Positions 1 through 9,585 are shown, numbered from the stretch's first letter. The stretch is DNA of 20,834 bases from Candidatus Latescibacterota bacterium (GCA_963791045.1 CAWBQK010000016.1:1-20834); one strand, 5' to 3'. Notes: generated by a model not told the origin, from the letters alone. Program-made: numbers and translations.

Positions 1-1
1 T

Positions 2-916
2 TCAACGGCGCCTGATTGGGCGTTGTGGATGATGTTGGCCGGGTCGGGCGAGATCGTTGCTCAGGACAGGGACCGTGATGGCGTGCCCGACAAACGCGAC
101 GGTTGCCCCGATCAGCCGGAAGACATTGACGGCTTCCAGGATGACGACGGGTGTCCCGATCTCGACAACGATGGCGACGGGCTGTCCGATCGTGAAGACA
201 AGTGTCCCGATCTGGCCGAGGATGTCGACGGATTCGAGGATCAGGATGGGTGTCCCGATCTCGACAACGACCAGGATGGCATCCCGGACACGGATGACCG
301 TTGCCCGAACGAACCCGAGGATTTCGACGGTGACGAAGATCAGGATGGTTGCCCCGACCTCGTAAAAGACAGCGACAATGACGGTATTCCGGACGATGTC
401 GACAGGTGTCCGCTGCAGGCGGAAGACGTCGATGGTTTCCAGGATGACGATGGCTGTCCCGATCTCGACAACGATCTCGATGGTATACCCGACACCAATG
501 ACCAGTGTCCGAACGCCCCCGAATCCTTCAATGGATTCATGGATGAAGACGGGTGTCCCGACGAGAAACCGATCGCGCAGCAGTTTGTTCTCAAAGGCGT
601 CAACTTCGAGAGCGGTAGCGCCGCACTCACACCGGATTCGTATCGTGTGCTGGACGATGTGATTCGTTCTCTGATGGCCTATCCCGAGGTGAGGATCGAG
701 GCCCAGGGGTATACGGATAACGTCGGCAAGGCGAGCTACAATCTGGGGTTGTCGGAGAGACGCGCCGAGGCGGTCAAACAGTACATCGTCAATGCGGGAA
801 TCGATCCGTCCAGGCTGTCCACGCGCGGTTATGGCGAAGAAAACCCGATTGCGAGCAACGCCACACCCGAGGGACGCGCAAAGAACCGGCGTATTGAATT
901 CAAGAGATTGAATTAG
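2..916 (+). CDS. OmpA-family protein with thrombospondin type-3 (Ca-binding) repeats; 5'-truncated by the window edge
   Basis: Frame is open from base 2. Repeated DxDxDGxxDxxDxCP / EDxDGFxDxDGCP units occur with about 33-aa period. C-terminal OmpA-like domain: VNFESGSA, GYTDNVG, NLGLSERRAEAV, GYGEENPIASN, GRAKNRRIE. Confidence 0.93.
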   Translation, partial: STAPDWALWMMLAGSGEIVAQDRDRDGVPDKRDGCPDQPEDIDGFQDDDGCPDLDNDGDGLSDREDKCPDLAEDVDGFEDQDGCPDLDNDQDGIPDTDDRCPNEPEDFDGDEDQDGCPDLVKDSDNDGIPDDVDRCPLQAEDVDGFQDDDGCPDLDNDLDGIPDTNDQCPNAPESFNGFMDEDGCPDEKPIAQQFVLKGVNFESGSAALTPDSYRVLDDVIRSLMAYPEVRIEAQGYTDNVGKASYNLGLSERRAEAVKQYIVNAGIDPSRLSTRGYGEENPIASNATPEGRAKNRRIEFKRLN

Positions 917-959
917 CCTGTTTGATGGGCGCAAGAGGTGCCCGGCGAGAGGTGGAATC

Positions 960-995
960 GAGAAAGGGAAGCCGTCGAGGTTTCCCTTTCTCTTT
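960..995. terminator. Probable bidirectional intrinsic terminator between convergent genes
   Basis: Stem GAGAAAGGGAAGCC, loop GTCGA, stem GGTTTCCCTTTCTC, then TTT. It lies between the OmpA-like stop (916) and the mazG stop (1032). Confidence 0.75.
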
Positions 996-1031
996 GAATG
1001 CCGTGTTGTCGAGATGGACTAAAAAACTCAT

Positions 1032-1829
1032 TTACGTTTTTTTTATTCGCTCCCAGTAAACGTCCATTTCTTCAAGGGTCATATCTGCGAGCGAGCGTCC
1101 GTCACTTCGTATCAGTTCCTCCATCGCCGAGTAACGATCGACAAACTTGGCGTTGGCGCGTGTGAGAGCGGCCTCACCGTCAATATTCATAAAACGACTC
1201 AGGTTTATCACCGAAAAGAAAAGATCGCCGATTTCTTCTTCGATACCGGTCTCGTCGTCATCGTTCTTGGCGTCGTTTCCGATGAGCTCCTCGACCTCAA
1301 TCAGCTCCTCCCGGATCTTATCAAAAATCCCGGTTGTATCGTCCCAGTCAAAACCAGTCCGGGCGGCTCGTTTCTGGATCTTCTCGGCGCGCCGAATGGG
1401 TGGAAGGTTGCCGGGGACGTCGTCAAAAAGAGTTTGGCCGGCTGGTTTGTTTTTCTTCTCCGCGGCTTTGATCCTGTCCCAATGGGCGAGACTCTCGGTG
1501 GTATTGTTTGCGACGGCGTCGTCGAATACATGGGGATGACGGCGTTTGATTTTTTCGTGTGCCTGCCCCGCGATCCTCTCGATAGTGAATGACGGGTCCT
1601 TCTCTTGGATGAGCGCAATCGCAAAAGTGAGGACGAAGAGGACGTCGCCGGTTTCCTCGAATACTTCCTCGGAGTCACCACGGGCCCGGGCCCACTGGAG
1701 TTCGTACGCCTCGTCGATTAGATCCGAGAGGATGTTCTCGACGGTCTGCGCCTGGTCCCACGGGCAGCCATCGTCGCTTCTTAGTATGCGTATGAGCTCG
1801 AACAGGCGTTGAATCGGTGTGTCTTCCAT
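1032..1829 (-). CDS. mazG: Nucleoside triphosphate pyrophosphohydrolase MazG (265 aa)
   Basis: Motifs LRSDDGCPWDQAQT, EETGDVLF, KIKRRHPHVF, KIQKRAARTGFDW and EEEIGDLFFSVINLSR. Start placed at ATG 1829 (MEDTP); the longer ORF-track version overlaps uvrA. Confidence 0.95.
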   Translation of the reverse strand: MEDTPIQRLFELIRILRSDDGCPWDQAQTVENILSDLIDEAYELQWARARGDSEEVFEETGDVLFVLTFAIALIQEKDPSFTIERIAGQAHEKIKRRHPHVFDDAVANNTTESLAHWDRIKAAEKKNKPAGQTLFDDVPGNLPPIRRAEKIQKRAARTGFDWDDTTGIFDKIREELIEVEELIGNDAKNDDDETGIEEEIGDLFFSVINLSRFMNIDGEAALTRANAKFVDRYSAMEELIRSDGRSLADMTLEEMDVYWERIKKT

Positions 1830-1946
1830 CCGTCGAGGATACGTCCGGCCGATACACGTGACAAGCCCCGATTTGGAACTTGATGGAAGTGGGTCAAACC
1901 CGATACACTTATCGGATACCTTTTTGAGAGGGACAGTACTGATTTC

Positions 1947-4712
1947 ATGCTTGATAAAATTCTGATAAGAGGTGCCCGCGAGCACAATCTCCGCGATGTG
2001 AACGTCGATATACCGCACGGCGAGCTCAGTGTGATAAGTGGGGTGTCGGGTTCGGGGAAATCGAGTCTCGCCTTTGACACGCTCTACGCCGAAGGTCAGC
2101 GTCGGTATATAGAGTCGCTGTCGACCTACGCCAAGCAGTTTCTCGAGCGGATCGCGAGGCCCGATGTCGACGAGGTGTCGGGGATCAGCCCGTCGATAGC
2201 CATTCAGCAAAAAAACACCACACGAAGCTCGAGGTCGACCGTGGGGACCACCACGGAGATATACGATTACCTGCGCCTGCTTTTTGCTCGCGTGGGCAGG
2301 ACGTTCTGTCCTGATTGTGGCCGGGAGGTCGTCCAGTTCGAGCCCGATGAAGTAGTTTCGGAGTTGATCGATGATTTCAACGGAAAGCAACTCCTTGTCC
2401 TCGCTCGAATCCAGGTCGAGAACAAGGTCCAGGTCGACGCGCTCATTGAGCGGCTCATGGGGACGGGGTACGGGCGTGTCCTGGTTCGCGGCGAAATACT
2501 CAAACTCGATTCGGCGCCAAAGAGAAAGTTTTCAAGAATCAAACACCTCGACGTTGTCCTCGACCGTGTTGGGGCGGACCCTGCGAACCGCACACGCATC
2601 TTCGAAGCCGTCGAGGCGGCCTACGCCATGGCGGATGGATTTGTTTGGGTGCGCGAACAGACATCGGGGAATGAGGCGAGATATACCAAGAACCGGGTGT
2701 GCGCCGGGTGCGAACGCACATTCGAGCTTCCACGGCCGATACTGTTTTCATTCAACACTCCCTACGGTGCCTGTCCGCACTGCAAAGGATTCGGAAACCG
2801 GATGGAGTTTGACGATCGTTTGATCGTCCCCGATCCATCGCTGTCCCTGCGCGATCGTGTGATAGAACCGTGGGCTTCCGAGAAGTTTGAGTATTTCTAC
2901 GATCAACTGATCCGATACTGCCGGCGCAAAAAGATATCAATAGTCAAGCCCTTCAAGAGTCTCAGTGCCGCGGTGAGACGCACGCTGATCGAGGGCGGCG
3001 ACGGATTTACGGGAGTCATTCCGTTTCTCGAGGACGTTCGCGAGAAGACGTACAAGAAGTACGCGAGATTCTATACGCGGCGTTATCTCACGTTCAGGGA
3101 GTGCCGACGGTGCCGTGGGGGGCGTCTTCGCGAAGAGGCGTTTTTTGTCCGTATCGGCGGACAGACGATCCGCGATGTGAGCCGGATGATCCCATCCGAC
3201 GCATTGGCCTTTGTCGAATCCTTGGATTTTGACGATCGTGAAAAAGAAATTGCGAAAGACATTTTGCTCGAGCTCCGATCGAGACTGAGATTTCTTCTCG
3301 ACGTGGGACTTTATTACCTGACGCTGGACAGGTTGACGCGGACTCTCTCGGGTGGTGAGGCGCAGCGGATCAACCTGGCCAATTCTCTTGGCGCGAATCT
3401 GATCGGAGTGCTGTACGTCCTCGACGAACCCAGTGTTGGTTTGCATCCCCGGGATACCAGGAATCTCATAGATGTGCTGAAGACGCTGAGAGACCGTGGG
3501 AACACCGTGGTCATTGTCGAACACGACCTCGATATCATCAGGGAAGCGGATTATCTTATCGATCTGGGGCCCGGTGCGGGTCGGTATGGTGGGGAGGTTC
3601 TTTATCAGGGACCTCTCGACGGAGCGGCACACCCGAACTCGAAAACGATCAAATACCTCAACGCCGGACTCCCGATACGCAGTTCGAACGGCGTAGTCGA
3701 GGAACGGCAATGTCTTCGTCTTGAAGGTGTTTCGGAACACAATCTGAAAAATATCGATGTATCCTTTCCGCTCGGCGCGTTTACCGTCGTGACTGGAGTT
3801 TCGGGTTCGGGGAAGAGCACGCTGGTTTGCGAGGTTCTCTACAATGCCCTGACGATGCCTGACGCAAGCCGCTCCTATGAATACACGCGAATCGAGGGTA
3901 AGGATCAGGTGCAAAAGGCGATGCTCGTCGACCAATCTCCGATCGGCAAGACACCGCGTTCAAATCCTCTCACGTATATCAAAGGGTTTTCGTTTGTACG
4001 GGATATTTTTGCCGCTCAAAAACTCGCAAAGAAACGCGGGTACGCATCGGGGCGATTCAGTTTTAATGTCCCCGGCGGGCGCTGTGCGAGGTGTGACGGG
4101 ATGGGGTACGAAAAGATCGAGATGCATTTTATGGCGGATATGTTTGTTTTGTGCGCCGAGTGTGACGGGAAACGTTTTAATAAGGAGACCCTCGAGGTAA
4201 GATACAAAGGCAAAAACCTTTCCGATATTCTTGATTTGACCGTTGATGACGCGCTGACATTTTTTGGCGATTACAAGGCGCTTGTCGACAGGCTGATGAT
4301 TCTGAAAAAGGTTGGGCTGGGGTATCTTCAACTCGGGCAACCATCGACCACACTGTCCGGCGGAGAATCCCAGCGTATTAAGATCGCGCGTGAGCTCTCA
4401 GACAACGTCCAGGGCGGTGGCGTATATCTTCTCGATGAGCCCACAACAGGGCTTCATGTCGATGACGTTGATGTTCTCGTCGGTGTCCTCAGGGACCTGG
4501 TGGCGAAGGGTAACACCGTTATTGTCGTCGAACACAACCCGCAGGTGATTCTTCAGGCCGACACGGTTATCGACCTGGGACCGGGTGGGGGAGAGGATGG
4601 CGGTACCATTGTGAGTATGGGCCGCCCCGTGGACATTATGCGCGCAAAAGCGTCACATACGGGGAAATATCTCAAAAAGCTGACCAGAGAAACAAAGAAA
4701 GGAACCGCATGA
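1947..4712 (+). CDS. uvrA: Excinuclease ABC subunit A (UvrA)
   Basis: GAREHNL, GVSGSGKSSLAFDTLYAEGQRRY, two ABC cassettes with LSGGE and LDEPS/LDEPTTGLH, and CxxC zinc fingers. Confidence 0.97.
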   Translation: MLDKILIRGAREHNLRDVNVDIPHGELSVISGVSGSGKSSLAFDTLYAEGQRRYIESLSTYAKQFLERIARPDVDEVSGISPSIAIQQKNTTRSSRSTVGTTTEIYDYLRLLFARVGRTFCPDCGREVVQFEPDEVVSELIDDFNGKQLLVLARIQVENKVQVDALIERLMGTGYGRVLVRGEILKLDSAPKRKFSRIKHLDVVLDRVGADPANRTRIFEAVEAAYAMADGFVWVREQTSGNEARYTKNRVCAGCERTFELPRPILFSFNTPYGACPHCKGFGNRMEFDDRLIVPDPSLSLRDRVIEPWASEKFEYFYDQLIRYCRRKKISIVKPFKSLSAAVRRTLIEGGDGFTGVIPFLEDVREKTYKKYARFYTRRYLTFRECRRCRGGRLREEAFFVRIGGQTIRDVSRMIPSDALAFVESLDFDDREKEIAKDILLELRSRLRFLLDVGLYYLTLDRLTRTLSGGEAQRINLANSLGANLIGVLYVLDEPSVGLHPRDTRNLIDVLKTLRDRGNTVVIVEHDLDIIREADYLIDLGPGAGRYGGEVLYQGPLDGAAHPNSKTIKYLNAGLPIRSSNGVVEERQCLRLEGVSEHNLKNIDVSFPLGAFTVVTGVSGSGKSTLVCEVLYNALTMPDASRSYEYTRIEGKDQVQKAMLVDQSPIGKTPRSNPLTYIKGFSFVRDIFAAQKLAKKRGYASGRFSFNVPGGRCARCDGMGYEKIEMHFMADMFVLCAECDGKRFNKETLEVRYKGKNLSDILDLTVDDALTFFGDYKALVDRLMILKKVGLGYLQLGQPSTTLSGGESQRIKIARELSDNVQGGGVYLLDEPTTGLHVDDVDVLVGVLRDLVAKGNTVIVVEHNPQVILQADTVIDLGPGGGEDGGTIVSMGRPVDIMRAKASHTGKYLKKLTRETKKGTA

Positions 4713-5686
4713 AAATCTGTGTAACCGGCGGGGCAGGCTATATAGGATCCGTGGTCGCCCAGGCGCTCATCGATGAAGGACAGGACGTCACGATCATCGA
4801 CAATCTGTCTTCCGGACACAGATCCGCGATTCCCAAGGGAAGCAGGTTTGTTGAAGGCGATATCCGCGATCACGAAATCCTCGACCGCGCACTTGGAGAC
4901 GGAGTTCGCGCGGTGCTTCATTTTGCCGCGCTCAGTATCGTTCCGGAGTCGGTCAAGGAACCGCTTCGGTATTTCAACAATAACATCGGCGGTACGGTTC
5001 ATCTTCTCGAGGGCATGCAGAAACATGGTGTGAAACAAATCGTGTTTTCCTCGAGTGCGGCGGTCTATGGCGATCCTGATTCGCTCCCGATCGAGGAAAC
5101 GGCGCCATGCAAACCGCTCAATCCATACGGTTTTTCGAAACTTGCCGTGGAAAACATCCTCGATGCGTGCAATATCGCGTGGGGGCTGAAATACTCGTCG
5201 TTGAGATACTTCAACGCCGGAGGTAGCACGGAGCTTCACGGCGAACATCACAACCCCGAGACACATTTGATCCCGGTCGTGCTCGATCTGGTGTCGGGGA
5301 AGCGGAAGGATTTCACCATCTTCGGCGATGATTACGATACGCCCGACGGCACATGTATCCGCGATTATATCCACGTCCACGATCTTGCCGCCGCGCACAT
5401 TCTGGCGCTCGACGCGATGGACAAAGGTTTCTCGGGTATCCTCAACCTCGGAAGCGAAGATCCGTTCACTGTCCTCGATGTTGTAAAAACCGCGGAACGC
5501 GTGACGGGCAAATCGATCGAGTACGGAATCGGGCCGCGCCGCCCCGGAGATCCCCCCGGACTTCTGGCTTCCTCCAAAAAGGCCGAGGCCGTCCTTGGCT
5601 GGAAGAAATCAAGGAGTTCTCTGGAGGATATTATCCGCTCCGCGTACGAGTGGCGGTTGGCAAACCCGGATGGATATCCTTCCTGA
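4709..5686 (+). CDS. galE: UDP-glucose 4-epimerase
   Basis: TGGAGYIGS, HFAALSIVPES, FSSSAAVYG, YGFSK (YxxxK), LRYFN, DGTCIRDYIHV. The start overlaps the uvrA stop (ATGA). Confidence 0.96.
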   Translation: MKICVTGGAGYIGSVVAQALIDEGQDVTIIDNLSSGHRSAIPKGSRFVEGDIRDHEILDRALGDGVRAVLHFAALSIVPESVKEPLRYFNNNIGGTVHLLEGMQKHGVKQIVFSSSAAVYGDPDSLPIEETAPCKPLNPYGFSKLAVENILDACNIAWGLKYSSLRYFNAGGSTELHGEHHNPETHLIPVVLDLVSGKRKDFTIFGDDYDTPDGTCIRDYIHVHDLAAAHILALDAMDKGFSGILNLGSEDPFTVLDVVKTAERVTGKSIEYGIGPRRPGDPPGLLASSKKAEAVLGWKKSRSSLEDIIRSAYEWRLANPDGYPS

Positions 5687-5757
5687 TTACCCCCGGCCGC
5701 CGACAGTGGCATGGGCAACTCATTTGCCTGAAATCCCGAGCCGAATAACCGCTGTGG

Positions 5758-5772
5758 TGGCACGGAGATTGC
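5758..5772 (+). promoter_or_regulatory. sigma54 (RpoN) -24/-12 promoter
   Basis: TGGCACG-GAGA-TTGC matches the TGGCACG-N4-TTGC consensus exactly and lies about 60 bp upstream of the ATG at 5835. Confidence 0.75.
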
Positions 5773-5834
5773 CCCTATCCCCATATTCGGAACCTGTTGA
5801 CATCTAAACCTTTAGAGGTATAGGGATATAGCGT

Positions 5835-7718
5835 ATGAGGACCACTGGGGCCACCGTCTCGGAGCTTGCATTTATATTCAAACTTCTTCCGCTTTTGCAA
5901 GAAGTCGATACCATCGACAGACTTTACAGGCTCTTGCTGGCCATCGTGACTTCGGGTCGGCAGTTCGGCTACGAACGAGCGATGTTGCTTGTTCCCGATG
6001 AGGGCTCCGGTGTGTTGAGGGGACGGTACGGGGTCGAGCGAACCGTGGAATTTTCCGGCAGGCCCGGTTTTGACGACATGGCCCGGTCGGTGTTCAAGAA
6101 TTTCGAACAGGTGGATGCCACCGACCTCACGGTAAAAGTGCGTTCGTATTCGGTTCCGCTGAACTGGCACCGGAGCGCGCTGGTCAAAGCGGCGAGAACA
6201 ACCTATCCGGTACTCGCGGAACGCGGAGCGAGTGAGTTCGCGACCGATACCTTTTTTGGTTTCTTCGGTGTTAAGAGTTACCTGGCCGTCCCCGTAGAGG
6301 TGGACCACAAGGTCGCGGCCATCCTTGCCGTGGATCGATCGTCGTTCAAGAAACGAGACTCGGTCGATGAGATATCGGTTCTCTACAGCCTTGTCCAACA
6401 GACCGCAATGGCGGCGGAACGCCTCCTTGATTCATCGGCAAACAAACGAAAAACTCGGGTGTTGACCAAACTTCACGAATCGCTGAACCGCGCATCGACC
6501 GACTCCGAATTTGAGGAGGGACTCAAGGCGATACTTGCGATGGTATGCAACACGGTGAATACCAGCGTCTGTCTTCTCAAGGATTACACGTCACAAAAAA
6601 CCTACAAGGCCGTGACAACACGGCCGCTTTTTGAAAACTCCGATGACGACGGATCGGTCGTCGCGGAGGGCTTCGAGGAAATTCTGGCGTTATCGGCCGG
6701 AACCAGAGAGGTGATAAGCGGGGACGGGGTGTGCGGCCACTTGAAGGGGCGTGCGGCCGACGAGATCGCGTTCTTCCACGCGACCCCGTTGGGTGTCGGC
6801 AAAGACGTTCTTGGCGCCCTTGGTGTATATACTGTGACCGCGGACAACCCGGGCAAGCACGATGACCTGCGGCCGGGAGACAAGAGTTTTCTCGATCTCT
6901 GCGCCAGGGTCCTGGCCTCGACCATCGAGAAACGGCAGAAACATGACCGCGTTCACCGTGTCGAGGAATTCCTTCAGGAAATGAGTTCTAATCTTGTTCG
7001 TGAACGCGAACGGTCGCGTATCGGCGATCAAAGCGTCGAGTATCTCGCCAAAGTCCGGGAAGACTTAAAACATCTCCACGAGATAGTCACCAGCGAGAAA
7101 GCGGTAGCCGCGCGGCTTCTCGAAATTACCGGACAGGTGAAGAAAATGCGGCGTTACAACAGCGATTTTGAAGACTCGGTGTTGAACGACAAGACCGCTT
7201 ATGTAATGACCGACCTTTACAAACTGACAAAAAGGGTTGTAAAGAAATGGCAGACGGCTGCGGCACAAAAGGGTATCGACATTACCGTGCGTATCCCCGA
7301 CAGCGGCCCGTCGCTACTGCTCGACAAGAAAAACGTTACCACGGCGCTGTCCAATATTCTTCGCGCGACGTCTTCGTTTCTTAAAGAAGGGGACAAGATG
7401 TTAGTGGAGTGTTCGGAAACGGAAGACCGTGTCCTCGTGTGCGTGGCCGACAACGGGGCCGGTTTGCCCGGTGATACGATCTCGAGGTTGTTTATGCCGT
7501 TTGGTGACACGGATCCTGAAAGCGATGACAAACGCGCGTTGTCGCTGGCTGGGGACGTTCTCCAAAAACATGCCGCCGAGATCATGATCAAGTCGTCCTA
7601 CAGTTGGAAGACCATTCTCGTCCTCAGTTTTCCCGTGGCGGCAAGCCGAGATCGACGGGCGACAAAAAAGGACCGGCGCCGTCGCACCGACCGGAGAGAG
7701 AAAACGCCTGAAGAGTAA
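5835..7718 (+). CDS. GAF-domain protein with a degenerate histidine-kinase (HATPase-like) C-terminus; probable pseudokinase
   Basis: Two GAF-like segments (RAMLLVPDE...YLAVPVEV...AAILAVDR and HATPLGVGKDVLGALGVY). G1 box VADNGAGL and F box LFMPF are present, but there is no recognisable H box or G2 box. Confidence 0.75.
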   Translation: MRTTGATVSELAFIFKLLPLLQEVDTIDRLYRLLLAIVTSGRQFGYERAMLLVPDEGSGVLRGRYGVERTVEFSGRPGFDDMARSVFKNFEQVDATDLTVKVRSYSVPLNWHRSALVKAARTTYPVLAERGASEFATDTFFGFFGVKSYLAVPVEVDHKVAAILAVDRSSFKKRDSVDEISVLYSLVQQTAMAAERLLDSSANKRKTRVLTKLHESLNRASTDSEFEEGLKAILAMVCNTVNTSVCLLKDYTSQKTYKAVTTRPLFENSDDDGSVVAEGFEEILALSAGTREVISGDGVCGHLKGRAADEIAFFHATPLGVGKDVLGALGVYTVTADNPGKHDDLRPGDKSFLDLCARVLASTIEKRQKHDRVHRVEEFLQEMSSNLVRERERSRIGDQSVEYLAKVREDLKHLHEIVTSEKAVAARLLEITGQVKKMRRYNSDFEDSVLNDKTAYVMTDLYKLTKRVVKKWQTAAAQKGIDITVRIPDSGPSLLLDKKNVTTALSNILRATSSFLKEGDKMLVECSETEDRVLVCVADNGAGLPGDTISRLFMPFGDTDPESDDKRALSLAGDVLQKHAAEIMIKSSYSWKTILVLSFPVAASRDRRATKKDRRRRTDRREKTPEE

Positions 7719-7900
7719 TTTCCGCTGTGTGACCCCTGGCGGTTCCCGGCGGAGCCACTGGGCCGCCCAGGTGCCCCTGGTTGGAATCTGACCACCCTGC
7801 CCTTGGAATCCCGCCGTCTCCTCGATAGCCTGTTGTTGAGAAGAACCTCTTAATGAATTGTAATCATGTCGGTTAGGCGATTGTTTATCTGCTCTGACTC

Positions 7901-7915
7901 TGGCACGCCGTTTGC
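7901..7915 (+). promoter_or_regulatory. sigma54 (RpoN) -24/-12 promoter
   Basis: TGGCACG-CCGT-TTGC is a perfect consensus, about 90 bp upstream of ATG 8004. An AT-rich IHF-like TAATGAATTGTAA lies at 7851-7863. Confidence 0.8.
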
Positions 7916-8003
7916 CCGTAATGGGTGAATTCACAAACATTTCTCCCCCGGCACCGGCGGGGACGGGCGTCTTGCCGCGACCCGACGGTGGGGGAACCGC
8001 AAC

Positions 8004-9518
8004 ATGAACAGATTCAGCAAACATTTCCAGACGACGTTCGAACAGATCAGGGATCCGCTCCTAATCGTGGACCTCACGGGGAACATACGTGGAGCGAACC
8101 CCTCGGCGCAGGCGGTCCTGGATCTTGGCCAGAACGATCATCTACGCGATGTGGTGTCACTCGAGCGTAGTTTTGTCTTCGACGTAGAACTTCTGCTGTC
8201 ATTGATCTCCCAGGACACGCCGGTGGTCGGGCACCGCTTGAAGGATTCCGAGGGTAACGAGGCGGATGTCGTGGTCGATGTGCTGGACATGCCCGGCAAA
8301 AAAGGCCGCTCTCAAACCAAACTCATTCACATCAAAGATTTCTCGCCATTTCAGAATTACGAGCGTTGGAAGGACGAATTGATCTCGATGGTTGCTCACG
8401 AGATCAAGAACCCTCTTTCCGCCATGAAAAATTCGATGGGTATTCTTATTTCCCAAGCGAATGATGGGATGTCGGACGGACAGATAAACCTGCTCAAAGT
8501 GTCGACGAGAAGTATCGATCGCTTGACACGGCTTCTGGACAACTTTCTCGATGTGTCCCGGTTGAGCTCCGGTCAGTATGTCCCGGATCCTGATTGGGAG
8601 GATGCGAGGGGGTTTACATCGGAAGTCATAAGCACTTTCAAAACTCTCTTCAATGTTCGCCGGCAGCGGCTGAACTTCAGTGTGTCCGGGGCCCTTGGGA
8701 AAATATATGTCGACGGACCAAAGCTCGAACAAATACTCATAAACCTTCTGAATAACGCGATCAAATTTACACAGGATGACGGCGAGATCTCGGTATCGCT
8801 CGAGCCGGCAAGTCTTGAGGCGCTAAGCGATGACCTGAGGATCCTCCCGTGGAGCGAACTTGCGGATCTCAAATTCGTTCGCGTAACCGTGAAAGACACG
8901 GGCATTGGGATGACCGAGAAAACGATCGCCCACCTGTTTACCCGTCACTACGGGCAAGACGAGCGAACCGTTTCGAAGGGATCTCATCTCGGGCTTAGCA
9001 TATCGAAAGCCCTTGTAGAGGTTCAAAACGGCAGTCTTGAGTTCGAAAGCCAACTGGGTGTCGGAACCGAAGTCTCCGTCACGCTGCCCGCGGATGAGAT
9101 CACGTTCACGATACTCAACAGGGTCAAGTCGATCGATCGAGTATTGAGCCGTATGACGAGTCTTCGCAGGGAGCCGACATTCCTCGCCGTCCGCAAGGAT
9201 ACGCCGCGGGAATGGGAAAACTTGCTCGTCGGAAAGACGTCTGCCCCCGTCGTCAATCCGACATTCCAACAGGAACAGAACGGTGATGTTTTCATGTGGA
9301 CGCTTGGCGAAAGGCTAGCCGTGTCGCTGATCGCAGAAAGCGCCGATCAGACGGCAAATGACGGTGATTCGCGCCGGGTGGAAAACAAAACGGTTCCTCA
9401 TGATGGATACGCCGTCGTGGGCCAGCGGTTGTCGTCGGGGGACAGCCGCGTGAACAGAATCATGGGAATTGCATTGACGCACTTGAAACAAGACAAAGAG
9501 TTGACACGGGCGATCTGA
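8004..9518 (+). CDS. PAS-domain sensor histidine kinase (cytoplasmic)
   Basis: N-terminal PAS-like region (DPLLIVDLTGNIRGANPSA). H box VAHEIKNPLS, N box QILINLLNNAIKFT, G1 VKDTGIGM, G2 GSHLGLSISK. Confidence 0.92.
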   Translation: MNRFSKHFQTTFEQIRDPLLIVDLTGNIRGANPSAQAVLDLGQNDHLRDVVSLERSFVFDVELLLSLISQDTPVVGHRLKDSEGNEADVVVDVLDMPGKKGRSQTKLIHIKDFSPFQNYERWKDELISMVAHEIKNPLSAMKNSMGILISQANDGMSDGQINLLKVSTRSIDRLTRLLDNFLDVSRLSSGQYVPDPDWEDARGFTSEVISTFKTLFNVRRQRLNFSVSGALGKIYVDGPKLEQILINLLNNAIKFTQDDGEISVSLEPASLEALSDDLRILPWSELADLKFVRVTVKDTGIGMTEKTIAHLFTRHYGQDERTVSKGSHLGLSISKALVEVQNGSLEFESQLGVGTEVSVTLPADEITFTILNRVKSIDRVLSRMTSLRREPTFLAVRKDTPREWENLLVGKTSAPVVNPTFQQEQNGDVFMWTLGERLAVSLIAESADQTANDGDSRRVENKTVPHDGYAVVGQRLSSGDSRVNRIMGIALTHLKQDKELTRAI

Positions 9519-9585
9519 AAAAGAAACAAGCCCGTTGTTTTGGCAGACAGGCAGATAAACCCCAGACTGATCCAGGAGAGTGATA

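Noticed and set aside
120-565. ~99-bp periodic DNA repeats resembling an array
   Set aside because: They are coding TSP3 repeats within the OmpA-family gene, not CRISPR, and have no unique spacers.
2-934. 310-aa minus-strand ORF, and similar antisense ORFs such as 2937-3935, 4553-5398, 11165-12178 and 13487-14275
   Set aside because: These are antisense shadows of well-supported genes in GC-rich DNA.
1830-2390. N-terminal extension of MazG in the ORF track
   Set aside because: It overlaps uvrA on the opposite strand, and MazG homology begins at MEDTP (1829).
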